In this document: positions 13,521 through 27,394 of the stretch, one piece after another
Position numbering within the stretch: position 1 is the first letter of the stretch
How the letters are laid out: each line of letters starts with the position of its first letter
Assembly: GCF_009914755.1 (NCBI RefSeq)
Contig: NC_060935.1
Strand: one strand, 5' to 3'
DNA from: the human T2T-CHM13v2.0 reference genome, Homo sapiens
Length of the DNA: 64,000 nt
Notes under the pieces: model-generated
Database searches by the model: none
Seen by the model: only the letters and a program-made list of their open reading frames with translations
Told to the model about the DNA's origin: nothing
Position numbers and translations under genes: made by a program

Positions 13521-14849
13521 CAGTCAACATTTGTTGAATGAATGAGTGAACTGAAAGAATGACAGCTTATTAAAGGCAATAAACTGTCAAACAACAGGGA
13601 AATAAAATATAAATACCAATTTCAAAAGACTAGAGAAGAGTTGAATCAAGAGTTCAGAATTAGATAGAAATGAGGTTGTATAAAAGCAGGGTGTGAAAAA
13701 ATGAAGAGAATCCAGGACTATTTTCATAGATACACTTGGGGTATTGAGGACTTGCCTTTTTAATTGGAGAATGTATGGGGAATGGTTACATAGGAATGGC
13801 TTCAGCCAGGGACAAAACATACCCATGTGCTTTCATGGACTCTCCAAGGGTAACATACTAAGACTCACAGTTTTCACCCTTAAATGTTATTTAAGTTAGG
13901 TTGTGTCTTGAAATCAGAAGATACATTTGGCTATTATTCCCTGTTTCCTCTAAAAGCAATTATTAAGTTATTGTTGCTTCTTATAATAGAAAGTGTTATA
14001 GAATGACAGAAATATGTTTCACATGTTGCCATATTAAAGCACAAACATATATGGCATAGCCATTTATGGGGAAATCCACTGGCCAACCCATAGTGCCGTG
14101 GAGTAACTATACCTATAATCTGTACAAATGCTAGAGTACAAGATGAGCAGCACACAGCTAGGTGCACTATACAATCCATGCAATGAAATGGTTTCCAAAT
14201 TTTCTCTAAAAAGGAGAAAGGGGAAAATGCAAATACTTTATGCTAATCTTATAAATCTTCAAGTTATACACTACTTAAAATGGTTCAAGAATAGGAAAAT
14301 AAAAAGATGAATCAACAAAAGAGCTGGCTTATAAAGGACAGCTAGTCAAATTACCCATAGAGGCTATCCATTTATATTAGAAACAGGTGGCATATGAGGC
14401 ATAATTGGTGCAATGGCCCAGGGACTCAGGAATATCCAAATCTTGCCTCAAATCACCAACAACCCCAAGGGAGACTTACCATAGCAAAGGAACGCAAGAC
14501 ACTTTGAGTGGTAATGATAACGAGGGAACCCACCTTACACAGTGTCGGAGGAGGCCACGTAGGAAAGAGTAATGAGGCATCCCTACCCGTCCCAGCCAAG
14601 GTGGTATCAGTGCAGAGCTACTAGGGGCCTGAACTGTCACCCCCACCCAGCAGTAATGAGGAGTTCCTCCCTCCAAGTGGCAACAGAGGCTGAGTCGAGA
14701 ACCTGAACTTCCACCACTGTCTGGCAGTAATGAGGTGGCATTCTATTCCCCTGCTGGAGTATTGTCAGAAGGGGTCTGCTAAAACACAAAATTCAAATAA
14801 AAACCAGAAGCTCGTAATATAATACCCAAGCAAATTAGGGTTCCTATTT

Positions 14850-17800
14850 TTCTGGAGGTGGGAAATTTAGAGCTGATACTATGGCTCTGCGATGGTATCA
14901 GAGACCTCATTGGAGCTTACAGTCTAGTGGAGGGAAACAGATTATAGCAAATAAATAAATCTATATTATGTTGGGGGTGGTAATAATCACTATGTAGAAA
15001 AAGTAAGCAGATTATGAGAATAGAGAGTTACAGAGTAAATCTGGTTAGGTGACATTTGAAGAAAGACCTAAAAAAAGTGAGAGATGTAGACATCTGGATA
15101 TCTGGGGGAATGGCATTCCAGGCAGAGGAATCAGCAAAAGCAAAGCTTCTGCAACAGGAACATGATTGACGTTTTCAAGGAACAGAAAAGAGGCCAGTTA
15201 GAGAGGAGGAAGCAAGGGGGAAAGTGGTAGGAGATGACCTCAGAAAGGCAAATAGGGCCAAGTCCTGAAGGGCGTCACAGACCTTAGTCAAGGCTTCAGA
15301 TTTCACTGTGTAAAATGGGAAGTCACTGGAGGACTCTGAGCAAGGGAGTGACATTTTCTGACTTAATATTTTAAAAGGCTCGCTCTAGTTGCTATGGGAA
15401 GAATAGACCATAGGAGGGTAAGGGTTGAAAAGGCAGACAAGCTAAGCTGTGGGAGATGACAGTAGATCAGATTGATAGATGTAGACATAGTGACAAATGG
15501 GTTTGTTTTCATGAAATAGCTGACAATGTTATAGATCCTGGATTGGATATGGAGTGTGTGAGAAGATGATGAACAAAGGATGGTCCAAAGACTTTTGGCC
15601 TAACAGCTGGAAGGGACAGAATTGTCATTTATTAAATAAGGAAGACTGGAGAAAATGCAAGCTTGGTTTGAGATGCCTGTTATATATCCAAGTGAAGACG
15701 TTTGTCGTATGTCCAAGTGAAGCTGCCTGTATGTACACCTGTATATAGCTGTTTGTGGTCACCTTATTGTTTCAAGATAGCTGAACCATCTACAACATCA
15801 TATCTGCCTTCCAAGAAGGAAGTAGAGAGAAGGCAGTGGGTAAAAACAAAACAGTGTATGCAGCATTCTTATTTTGGGTTCCTAGAGAAGCCAGCTCTGA
15901 GATAAGAATTTGGATATACATTGTTTATTTGGGATATGAAGATATGGTGTAGGCTGGGCATGGTGGCTCACGCCTGTAATCCCAGTGCTTTGGAAGGCCA
16001 AGGCAGGAGGATTGCTTGGCACCAGGAGTTTGAGAACAGCCTCAGCATCATAACAAGACCCTGTCTCTACAAAAAAAAAAAAAAATTAGCTGGGTGTGGT
16101 GGCACACACCTGTAGTCCCAGTTACTCAGGAGGCTGAGGCAGAAGGATCACTTGAGCTTCTTCCTCATTTTCTCTCGCCTCCGTCATGTAAGAAGTGCCT
16201 TTTACCTCCTGCCATGATTCTGAGGCCTCCCCAGCCATGTGGAACTGTAAGTTCAATTAAACTTCTTTTTCTTCCCAGTCTCAGGGAAAGCAGCATGAAA
16301 ACAAACTAATACAGGCAGGTATGGGGAGATACTGTAAGTCTTTAGACAGTGAGGTTACTATTAGTCATATACATAGTAATATCTTGGGTCTTGGAGGGTC
16401 TATTGAGTTTCAAACAAAATGCTTAGTATAACAGCTAGGATTATAGCAACTGTTAAGAGCCCAGGAGTTCTAGTCTGCAGTTGCGTATGACTGCTCTACT
16501 GCACACCAGCCCGGATGACAGAGTAAGACCCTGTCTCTTAAAGATGCGGTATGTTAGTTTCCTATGGTTATTATAATAAATTGCCACAAATTTGGTGGCT
16601 TAAAACCAAAATTTATTCACTCACAGTTCTAGAGGCCAGAAGCCCAAAATCAGTATCAATGGGCCAAAGTCAAAGTGTTGGCAGGATTGCCCCCCTCTAG
16701 AGGCTCTAGGGGAGAATCTTTTCCTTGTCTCTCCAAGCTTCTGGTGACTGCCTGCATTCCTTGACTTGTGGACTCCAATCTTAAAGGCCAGCATCTTCGG
16801 GTTTTTCTCGGCTTCATCCTCATCTCCTCTTTTTCTCTGTGTGTCAAATCTCCCACTGCCATCTCAAGATTCTTAACTTACGTGAACCTCTCCATATCAA
16901 GATTCTTAACTTATGTGAAGATCTTTTTTCCAAATTAAGTAACATTTACAGTTTATAGGGTTAGGACCTGATTATCTTTGGGGACAATTTTTCAGCCTAC
17001 TTCATATGGGAATAGGAAGTGAAACAGGGAAGGCAGGTTACCGGCTACCACTGTGGGTGACTGAGTCAAATCCTGACGGGGAAGCTCTGGAACCCAGCAC
17101 AAATCACACCCCACAAGAGTTCTCCCAGCCAAGTAAAAAGTGAATATTTACACACCAATAGCGCACAGTCATTGACCAAAGTTGCTCCTGGGAGGGTTAA
17201 TTCTCTGTCACTTCTGACTTGTCACAGAGGCAGCAAAGAGGACTCTAGCTGCAAGAGAAGGCACTGAGGCAAAGGAATGCAAGTTTTGTCCACAGGAAAC
17301 CAGGCATGTGTCCTTAAGTGGTCACCATCAGGGATGTGTAGGGTACCCACAATATCTGCTGCAGCCCTCTTTTAAATAGCCTTTTGGCACCTTCCACTTA
17401 TATTTCATAGGACAGATTTTGTTACATGTCCATGCCTAGTTTCAAGGCAGACTGGGAAATGTGGTTGTTTCTTTAGCTGGTTGCATTTCCTCTCTGAATA
17501 ATATCAAAGTTCTGTTAGTATGGAACAAAGGAAGGATAGATATTGGGTAGGAAACTAGGAGAGAATCAATAAGGCTGACTCGGACCAAGGTTTATCACTG
17601 TTTATGGTGAGAAGCAGTCAGAATTTAGGATATATATTGGAGGTGGTGCCAGTAGGACTTACTGTTGTTGTGGGATTTGAGGGAAACACAAATCTAGGAT
17701 CATGAGGGGTTTTTATCTCGAGCAACTGGTAGCAGTGGCAGCAGTTAAAGAGATGGAATGGACTGGAGTGGAGGCAGGTTTGTGGTGCAGGGAGTCTAGT

Positions 17801-17940
17801 GCTCTGTTTTGAACATGTGAAGTTTGAGGTGCCTCTGGCCATCCTCTGGACATGTCAGTGTTGAATAGATGGTTGGACATAGAAGTCTTCAACTCAGATG
17901 CTTAAGCTGCAGATACACAATTAGAAGTTATCAGAGCTAG
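14850..17940. mobile_element. Nested repeat cluster: L2 interrupted by several MLT1 LTRs and a split AluJ
   Basis: L2-like sequence at ~14850-15720 resumes at ~17570. MLT1-like segments lie at ~15745-15950 and 16550-17560. AluJ halves are at 15952-16155 and 16459-16540. Confidence 0.65.
16156..16458 (+). repeat. Inverted copy of 27247-27561 (THE1A LTR 3' half plus flank) inserted in AluJ
   Basis: The reverse complement aligns to 27247-27561 across the LTR/flank junction, with about 17 substitutions and 2 indels counted by eye. Confidence 0.93.
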
Positions 17941-20900
17941 CTGGCATAAGAATGAGGTTCACTGAAATTTCTGACATTCCAAAAGCAGTATATTAATTAA
18001 AACGTTGTCTAGATTAGAAAACAGATTTTATCAATGTGTGCCTAATTCTTCCCTGTGGGATCCAATGAAACAGCCAGCTCCAGGTTTAATAGAAAAAGGG
18101 TAAAATAACTACCTTCAAACACACTAACACTGCAGTCACTCATCAAATAGATCTTCTAGCAAGAAAGAACTTAATTGTCCTAGAGACTGGCTTACAGAAC
18201 CCAGTAATACATGTGTAGATCAACATTTGTTTATTATTAATTGCATCATACATTTATGTATGTCAATATGCAATAGGAATTAAGGTACATAAGTTTATGA
18301 GGAGAGTGAAGCTATTTGTATTTTTAGAAAAATATAAAGATCGCCCTGAAGAAAGAGATTAGTGCCTGCTAATATTTCACTGTTGTCTTCTCTCCTCTAA
18401 TCTGTGGACGAAGGGGTTACTTAGAATGTGAGAAGTTATGACAGAAAAAGTTTATCTGTAATACAAATATTTTAACAGATCTTCTGCTCTTTTTAGAACA
18501 TAAAAAAATGCAGCTTTAAATTTGTATGAGCCTATAATTCTGATAAAACAATTGGTAGGGACTTGGAGGCTATGGCGTTGTACTTTATTTCTATAAATAT
18601 GTCCTTGTTATTATGATGAAGCCTTTAGAACAAGGCCTTTATAAGTACATTTAAGCACTTTTTTTTAGAATAATGAGGTTTATACCTTATCCATGTCCCA
18701 ACATTAAGCTTATTGCAAATGAGGGAAATGAATGGATTGAATGTGAGCCACCATCTCAATTATGTAATAAAAATAGGCATTTCAATGCTGCTAAGTTAGC
18801 AAACACTAATGATGACAGTAACATTTTTTGGATGACAAAAAAGTGCTTGAGGAAAAGCTATTTTTGTCTATGACTCAATAATTAATTTTAAACAAGAGTT
18901 TTCATGAAACTATGACCTAAAAACCATAAAATAATACATCTTTCACTTTAGTGTTTTAGAACAGACAGTTGACTAAAGAGCAGACTGACATCACAGACGT
19001 ATCTATGAAAGTGGGCTCTAGGACTTCTGCTGGGGGTTCTCCCCATTTGACCTTGTGTATGTCTCGGGTCTGATACAGGATTTGGTGTGCAGAATAGGGT
19101 CTGTGAGCCACCAAGAAAAGTTAAATTATATTAGTATAGCCTATTAACTAAGGCAAATAAGTATGTAATATATTTTTGAGTGAGTTTCAGTAAAAGATTT
19201 TGAAAAAGTTAAGACCTAACTTAACTGCTTATCAGCCTTTGAAAACTCATTTTCATAGACTATTCCATGTTTCATGACATAGTCTCCTGTCTCTCCTCTC
19301 TATGCTTCTTTCTTCCTAATTCCTCCCTCCTTCCCTTCTTTTTCTCCATGATGACATCCATATCTGTCTTTTAAACCCCTCTCCCACGCTCCACACCCAT
19401 TTCTATTTTAGATATCTCATGTATTCCAAACTGAATTCACTCCTTTGTTTAAATGTAGCATTTAATTACTTATTTTTCTTAGTAGAATTTTTCTCATGCT
19501 GTGTTTATTTTTCAAATTGTCCAAATATTTTTATGGCTTAAATATTTTAGAAAATATGCCCATTGATTTGGGAGCTGATAAAACACTTCTGAAAGTCATA
19601 ATGGCATGTCTTGCCAATGTGAAAATGGAAGTAATAAAATTATCCCCAAAGGCTGTAATTTTCCTTTTTTTTTTTAACTTTTTTTTTTTAAGTTCAAAGG
19701 TGCATGTTGAGGTTTGTTATCTAGGTAAACTTGTGTCATGGGGGTTTGTTTTACAGATTATTTCATCATCCACATACTAAGCCTGGGACCCATTAGTTAT
19801 TTTTCCTGAGGCTTTCCCTCCTCCCATCCTCCATCTTCTGATAGGCCTGAGTGTCTATTGTTCCCTTCTATGTATCCATGTGTTCTCATCATTCAGCTCC
19901 CACTTATAAGTGAGAACATGTGACATTTAGTTTTCCGTTCCTTTGCTGGTCTACTAAGGATAATGGCCTCCAGCTCCATCCATGTTACTGCAAAGGACAT
20001 GATCTTGTTCCTTTTATGGCTGCATAGTATTTCATGGTATATATGAACCACATTTTCTTTACTCCATCTACCACTGATGGGCAATTAGGTTGATTCGTTG
20101 TCTTTGCTATTGTGAATAGTGCTGCAGTGAACATAACATGTGCATGTGTCTTTATGATAGAACGGTTTGTATTCCTTTGGTATATACCCAGCAATGGGAT
20201 TGCTGAGTTGAATGGTATTTCTGTTTTTAGGTCTTTGAGGAATCACCACACTGTCTTGAACAATGATCAAACTAATTTCCACTCCCACAAACAGTGTATA
20301 AAATGTTTCTTTTTCTCCACAACCTGGCCAGCTTCTGTTATTTTTTGACTTTTTAATAATACCCATTCTGACTGGTGTGAGATGGCATCTCATTATGGTG
20401 TTAACTGACATTTCTCTAACAATCAGTAATGTTGAGCCTTTTTTCATATGTTTGTTAGCTGCATGTATGTCTTCTTTTGAGAAGTGTCTGTTCTTTGACC
20501 ATTTTCTAAATGGGGTTGTTTGCTTTTTTTTCTTGTAAATTTAAGATCCTTATAGATGCTGGATATATTAGACCTTTGTCAGATGCGTGGTTTGCAAATA
20601 TTTTCTCCCCTTCTGTAGGTTGTCTGTTTACCTCTGTTGATAGTTTCTTTTGCTGTGAAGAAGCTTTTAAATTAATTAGATCCCATTTGTTAATTTTTGC
20701 TTTTGTTGCTATTGCTTTCGGTGTCTTTGTTATGAAATTTTGGCCTATTCCTATGTCTAGAATAGTGTTGCCTAGGTTGTCTTCCAGGGTTTTTACAGTT
20801 TGGGGTTTTACATTTAAGTCTTTAATCCAGCTTGAGTTAATTTTTGTATATGGTGTAAGGAAGGGATCCAGTTTCAATCTTCTGCATATGGCTAGCCAGT

Positions 20901-21091
20901 TCTCCCAGCACCATTTATTGAATAAGGAGTTTTTCCCCATTGCTTGTTTTTGTCAGGTTTGTTGAAGATCAGATGGTTGTAGATGTGTGGCCTTATTTCT
21001 GGATTCTCTATTGTGTTCCATTGGTCTATGTGTCTGTTCTTGTACCCATACCATGCTGTTTTAATTCTTGCAGCCCTGTAGTATAGTTTGA

Positions 21092-21340
<249 letters not shown>

Positions 21341-22539
21341 ACTTTCATAGGAATTTTTAAAGAACTTTTTTCTGTTTTTTTCTAGTTCCGTGAGGAATGT
21401 CATAGGTAGCTTAACAGGAATAACATTGAATCTATAAATTGTTGTGAGCAGTATGGCCATTTTAGTGATACTGTTTCTTCCTATCCATGAGCATGGAATG
21501 TTTTTCCATTTGTTTGTGTCATCTCTGGTTTCTTTGAGCAGTGTTTTGTAATTCTCATTGTAGAGATCTTCCAGTTCCCTCGTGAGCTGTATTCCTAAGT
21601 ATTTTATTCTTTTTGTGGCAGTTGTGAATGGGATTGTGTTCCTGATTTGGCTCTCAGCTTAACTGTTGTTGGTGTGTAGGAATGCTAGTGACTTTTGCAC
21701 AATGATTTTGTATCCTGAGACTTTGCTGAAGTTGTTTACCAGCTTAAGGAGTTTTTGGGTCAAGACTATGGGGTTTCTAGATATAGGATCATGTCATCTG
21801 CAAACAAGGATAGTTTGACTTCCTCTCTTCCTATTTGGATGCCCTTTATTTCTTTCCCTTGCCTGATTGCCCTGGCCAGGACTTCCAATACTATGTTGAA
21901 TAGGAGTGGTGGGAGAGGGCATCCTTGTCTTGTGTCTGTTTTCAAGGGGAATGCTTCCAGCTTTTGCGCATTCAGTGTGATGTTGGCTCTGATTATTTTG
22001 ATGTATGTTTCCTTGGAACCTAGTTTACTGAGAGTTTTTAACATGATGCTGAATTTTACTGAAAGCCTTTTCTGCATCTACTGAGATAATCATGTGGTTT
22101 TTGTCTTTAGTTCTGTTTATGTGGTGAATCACATTTATTGACTTGCATTTGTTGAATCACCCTTGCATCCCAGGGACAAAGCCTACTTGAGCGTGGTGGA
22201 TAAGTTTTTGATGCGCTGCTGGATTCCATTTGCCAGTATTTTGTTGAGGATTTTTGCATCTATGTTCATCAAGGATATTAGCCTGAGGTTTTTCTTTTTT
22301 TGTTTTATCTCTGCCAGGTTTTGGTCAGGATGATGCCGGCCTCATAGAATGAGTTTGGGAGGAGTCTGTCCTCCTCAATTTTTTGGAATAGTTTCAGTAG
22401 GAATGGTACCAGCTCTTTGTATGTCTGGTAGAATTCAACTGTGAATCTTTCTGGTCCTGGGCTGTTTTTGGTTGTTAGGCTATTTATTATTGATTCAATT
22501 TCAGAGCCCATTGTTGGTCTGTTCAGAGATTCAGTTTTT

Positions 22540-22855
22540 TTGGGGGGTTTTGTTTTTTGTTTTTTCGTTTTTTTAGGCGGAGTCTTGCTTTGATGCCCAG
22601 GCTGGAGTGAAGTGGCGTGATCTCAGCTCACTGCAAGCTCTGCCTCCCAGGTTCACGCCATTCTCCTGCCTCAGCCTCCTGAGTAGCTGGGACTACAGGC
22701 GCGTGCCACCACGCCTGGCTAATTTTTTTGTATTTTTAGTAGAGACAGGGTTTCACCATGTTAGCCAGGATGGTCTCCATCTCCTGACCTTGTGACCCGC
22801 CCACCTCAGCCTCCCAAAGCGCCGGGATTACAGGCATGAGCCACCGCACCCGGCC
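22540..22855 (-). mobile_element. AluY/Sc-type inside L1
   Basis: Full antisense Alu with 16-bp TSD cagagattcagttttt at 22524-22539 and 22856-22871. Confidence 0.9.
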
Positions 22856-23543
22856 CAGAGATTCAGTTTTTTCCTGGCTCAGTTTTGGGAGGATGTATGT
22901 GTCCAGAAATTATCCTTTTCTCCTAGATTTTCTAGTTTATGTGCATAGAGGTATGTATAATATTCTCTGACGGTTATTTGTATTTCTGTGGAGTCAGTGG
23001 TAATTTCCCCTTTGTCATTTCTAATTGTGTTTATTTGGATCTTCTCTCTTTTCTTCTTTGTCTAGCTAGCTGTTTTTTTATTCATTTTTTTCAAAAAACC
23101 AACTCCTGGATTCATTGATCTTTTGAATTGTTTTTTATGTCTCTGTCTTCTTCAATTCAGCTCTGATTTTATTTATTTCTTGTCTTCTGCTAGCTTTGGG
23201 GTTGGTTTTCTCTTGATTCCCTAGTTATTTTAGTTGTGATGTTAAGTTGTTAAATTGAGATCTAACTTTTTGATGTGGGCATTTAGTGCTGTAAAATTTT
23301 CCTCTTAACACTGCCTTAGCTGTGTCCCACAGAATATGGCATGTTGTGTCTTTGTTCTCATTAGTTTCAAAGAACTTCTTGACTTCTGCCTTAATTTCAT
23401 TATTTACCAAAAAGTTATTCAGAAGCAGGTTATTCAGTTTCTATGTAATTGTACGGTTTTGAGCAAATTTATTAGTCTTGATTTCTAATTTGACTTTTTC
23501 CCCCACAAACTTGTTTCTGCACCTCTGTTTTCCCATTGTTAGT

Positions 23544-23678
23544 GGGTAAGCTAATCCTGAATCCCAGTTTGTCCAGAACAGTAACTGTTTATACCTAGTG
23601 TGCTGGCATAATTATTATTAGTGCTCCTTTCACTTTCAAAATTGTCCTGGTTTGGCTAACAAGTCATATGATCATTAT
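23544..23678. mobile_element. MER94-like (hAT-Blackjack) remnant
   Basis: cccagtttgtccagaacag...taattattattagtgctcctttcactttcaaaattgtcctggtttgg resembles the recalled MER94 consensus. Confidence 0.6.
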
Positions 23679-25483
23679 AGCAATGTATCTGATGATGTAT
23701 ATGTATACATACACACGCAGCAGGTAATGCTTATCAAGTCTGCAGCTCACGCAAAGCTGGGAGATATAGATATAGATAATATATTCTCTGATAGAAACAG
23801 GATCCCAAACATAAGCTCAGATGTTACCTCATTTAGGAAGACCTCTGTGATAGCCTACCCTCTGCAAGTCTGTATTCAGTATGCCTCCTTTTTGAAAGCC
23901 CGCATATATTCATCAGTCTTTTATTCTGCCTGCCTGCCTTGCAAATCTCTCTATTCACAGGCAATTGCTCTTTTGTCTCTGTTTTCCCTGTACCTTACAC
24001 AGTGCTTAATGAATGTTTGCTGAAAGAACTAGTGATGATGACCTACAATGAAAGACTGAAACTATCAAGCTGAAATTTAATAAGGATAAATACACAGCTC
24101 TACCATTGGACCCCTCCTCTCAAAAAATTAAACAAGCACAAGATAGTGAAAGGTGGCTTACTCATAGCATGCATAAAAAAGAAATAAGATTTTTAGATAA
24201 GAATAAACCCACCTTGAAACAATGTGATATCACTGCTTTACCCTTTCCTCTCCCAAATCCAACTAATGTGATCTCCATCTGGTTAAATAAAAGTATATGG
24301 CACCTAAACCAAAGGATCTGTGAGACCCCCTCTGAGCTGATTAGACCATACCTGTGGTATTATCTTAAAGTTCCAAATGGTATGTTTCAAGGATGAAATT
24401 GACAAAAAAAAGAACTTGTTCAAAGAAGAGCTAGAATTAGAAGGGTCTGAAAATCTTACCATAGTCATCCTTTTTTTTTCATTCAGCAAATGTGTATTAA
24501 GCATCTAGTATTTTTCAGGCAGTATACTGGATACTGAGTATAGAGTGGTGAAGAAAAAATCTCTAGGAGCAATAGAAGGAAATAAAAATATTTGTGGAAA
24601 TAAATAAAGACCACCCAAATGAAAACAACTGAAGGTATTTATTTATTCAGAGCTTGCTATACCAAGGGAGTCACCCACTATCACTTGCATTTAGCAGAGA
24701 CTCAAAGGGAGGCAGAGGAGTGGGAAAGCTTTAAGGTAAAAAAAGGGAAAAGGGTTCAGGTGTGCCCTCATTGGAGGGTGTTGGCATGTAGAGGCTGGAG
24801 ACAGAATAACTAAAAGTGGGGCACCCTAGGGGATTGTTTTGAGGAGTATATTTGGCTTTCTCTAGTTTGTCCTGAGTTGGAAGTGGGGACAGAAATTAGG
24901 GAAGATGGCAGTCAGTGATCAAGCCCTGACCATTTTGGGACAATTGCTGCAGATTTTGTGGCTTGGCTTTCTGGACTGGTTGTGTTGTTGCAGAAATTAT
25001 GGGTCAGAGTCTACTGTCATATGGTCTGATTATTGTCCATCCATATATTCAGTCTCTAATATTGAACACTGACAAAAGAAGAGGAAGTACACTCAAAACT
25101 GTATTTGACACACTGATGACTGTATTCAGTACTTTAAAGTCTACTGTGTTGAAAAGGCATTTGTCCTGAATGGTCTCAGTGGAATCATTGAGATCAGATT
25201 AGGACCAATGGATGGAAAAGTTCTTCAATATAAAAAAATCTGTCTAAAACACATTACTGTCTAGCTACAATCTCAGACAGTAGTTACCTGTTAAGAGAAG
25301 AATTCAGACCTAGGATGGATAACTTATTTGCAGTGATATTGAAAAACAGGTCACAAACTTTGGCATGCTTCAGAATCACTTGATACTTTTGTTACTGATG
25401 CAGCATCTTAGGGTCTGTCCTAGACCTGCTGAATCTGATCAGTAGTGTATGATAGATGATTCTCTTAAGAAATATTTGTAGAG

Positions 25484-25802
<319 letters not shown>

Positions 25803-27394
25803 TTATATGAAAATTTATTTTCATATAAAAATATATTTTAATAAACATATATTATATTTTCACATAATATATACATTTTATATATATTATATATGCTTAT
25901 ATATGTAAAAAATATATATGTATTCATAGAGGGAATGCAAACACTGGATGGGTAGTTGGGGTAGTTGGACTAGTTGACTTGTAAGAGTTCTTCCATCCTG
26001 AGAGTCTAACATTCTAACTTCTGCATAGCATAACCATAACCAGGAAATAAACCATTCATTCACTGAACAATATTGATTGAGTAGATTACATTATGTCCAG
26101 ACTCTGCTGTAGGCCTTATTTTAACTTCCTTAGCATGGTACATTCTTACATGCCAAAAGTTAGCAATTAAAAGAACTCATTCATTCTTTAGAGATTTATT
26201 GAGCGTCTACTATGTGCTGTGGTACTATACTAGGCTCTGGTGAGATGGTAATGAACCAGACTGATATAGTTATTTTTTCCTAGAGCTTACATTGACATAG
26301 TTCTTTTTCTTCAGAGTGGAAAAAATAGACAAAATCTATTTACAGTACAAGGTGATACATGTTGTCATGAAAAAGAAAAATGGTGTGGAAACACCAGGCC
26401 ATAGTTCTATTCTTTCCCCCTACAATTCCAATTAAATTTCAATCTTAAAATTCAATCAAGTTATTTATAGAGGAATTAGTATACATCCTTTTGTCAGATT
26501 TATTTTAGGTTTTAAGTAAAAATTGAAAGCCTCTGGGCCTAACATTCCTCCAGGAATGCTAGGAGAAGACTTCAGAATGGCACTTTGTACTTAAAACAAA
26601 CCTCTCTGATGTCAAAACTGGTGAATATCATATTGAATAAACCAAAGGAACATCATCTTTTTGGGCTGACTCTGGATATCTTAGAAAATGATTCTGGAAA
26701 TTCTAAATTCTTTGGATTTTAATATCTGTTTCTAACCTTATTGCAATGGAGCAAATTTGTACTGTATTTTTCAAGCATGTTCTTATTCAAAACACTGTGT
26801 CTTTTGCTGTGTGGTATACAGGAAGACACATTAAATGGGAAGCAGCTGCCTAGGATCTAGTTCTGGCTCTTCCATTAATTAGCTGTGTGATCTTGGGCCT
26901 CTCTGAGCCTGAGTTTTATCAAAATGCTAAATGATCCTTAATTAGCTTTAAAATTCTGATTTGGTGAAACTAAATGGAGGAAATGCTGTCATGTGGCACC
27001 TGCCTCTCCCTCCTGTCCTCCTCCCAGCCACACAAATACATTAGAAGCCTCACTACCATCATTGAAATGGATGCTGAAATAACTTGCTTTTCTAATCTGG
27101 ACGTTTGTATGTTCCTTAGGCTGAAGTGTAAGACCTCAATAACTACCTGCTTATCCAGTCTGAGTGACTGGACTTACACCAGCTCCCTGGAGAATGCTTC
27201 AGCTTCTTTGAAAAAGAACTCTGTAGTGAGAGCACTTACCAATCTGTCTTAACAACAGTTGCTATAGTCCTAGCTGTTATACTAAGCATTTTGTTTGAAA
27301 CTCAATAAACCCTCCTGGACCCAAGATATTACTATGTGTATGACTATTAGTAACCTCACTGTCTAAAGACTTACAGTATCTCCCCATACCTGCC

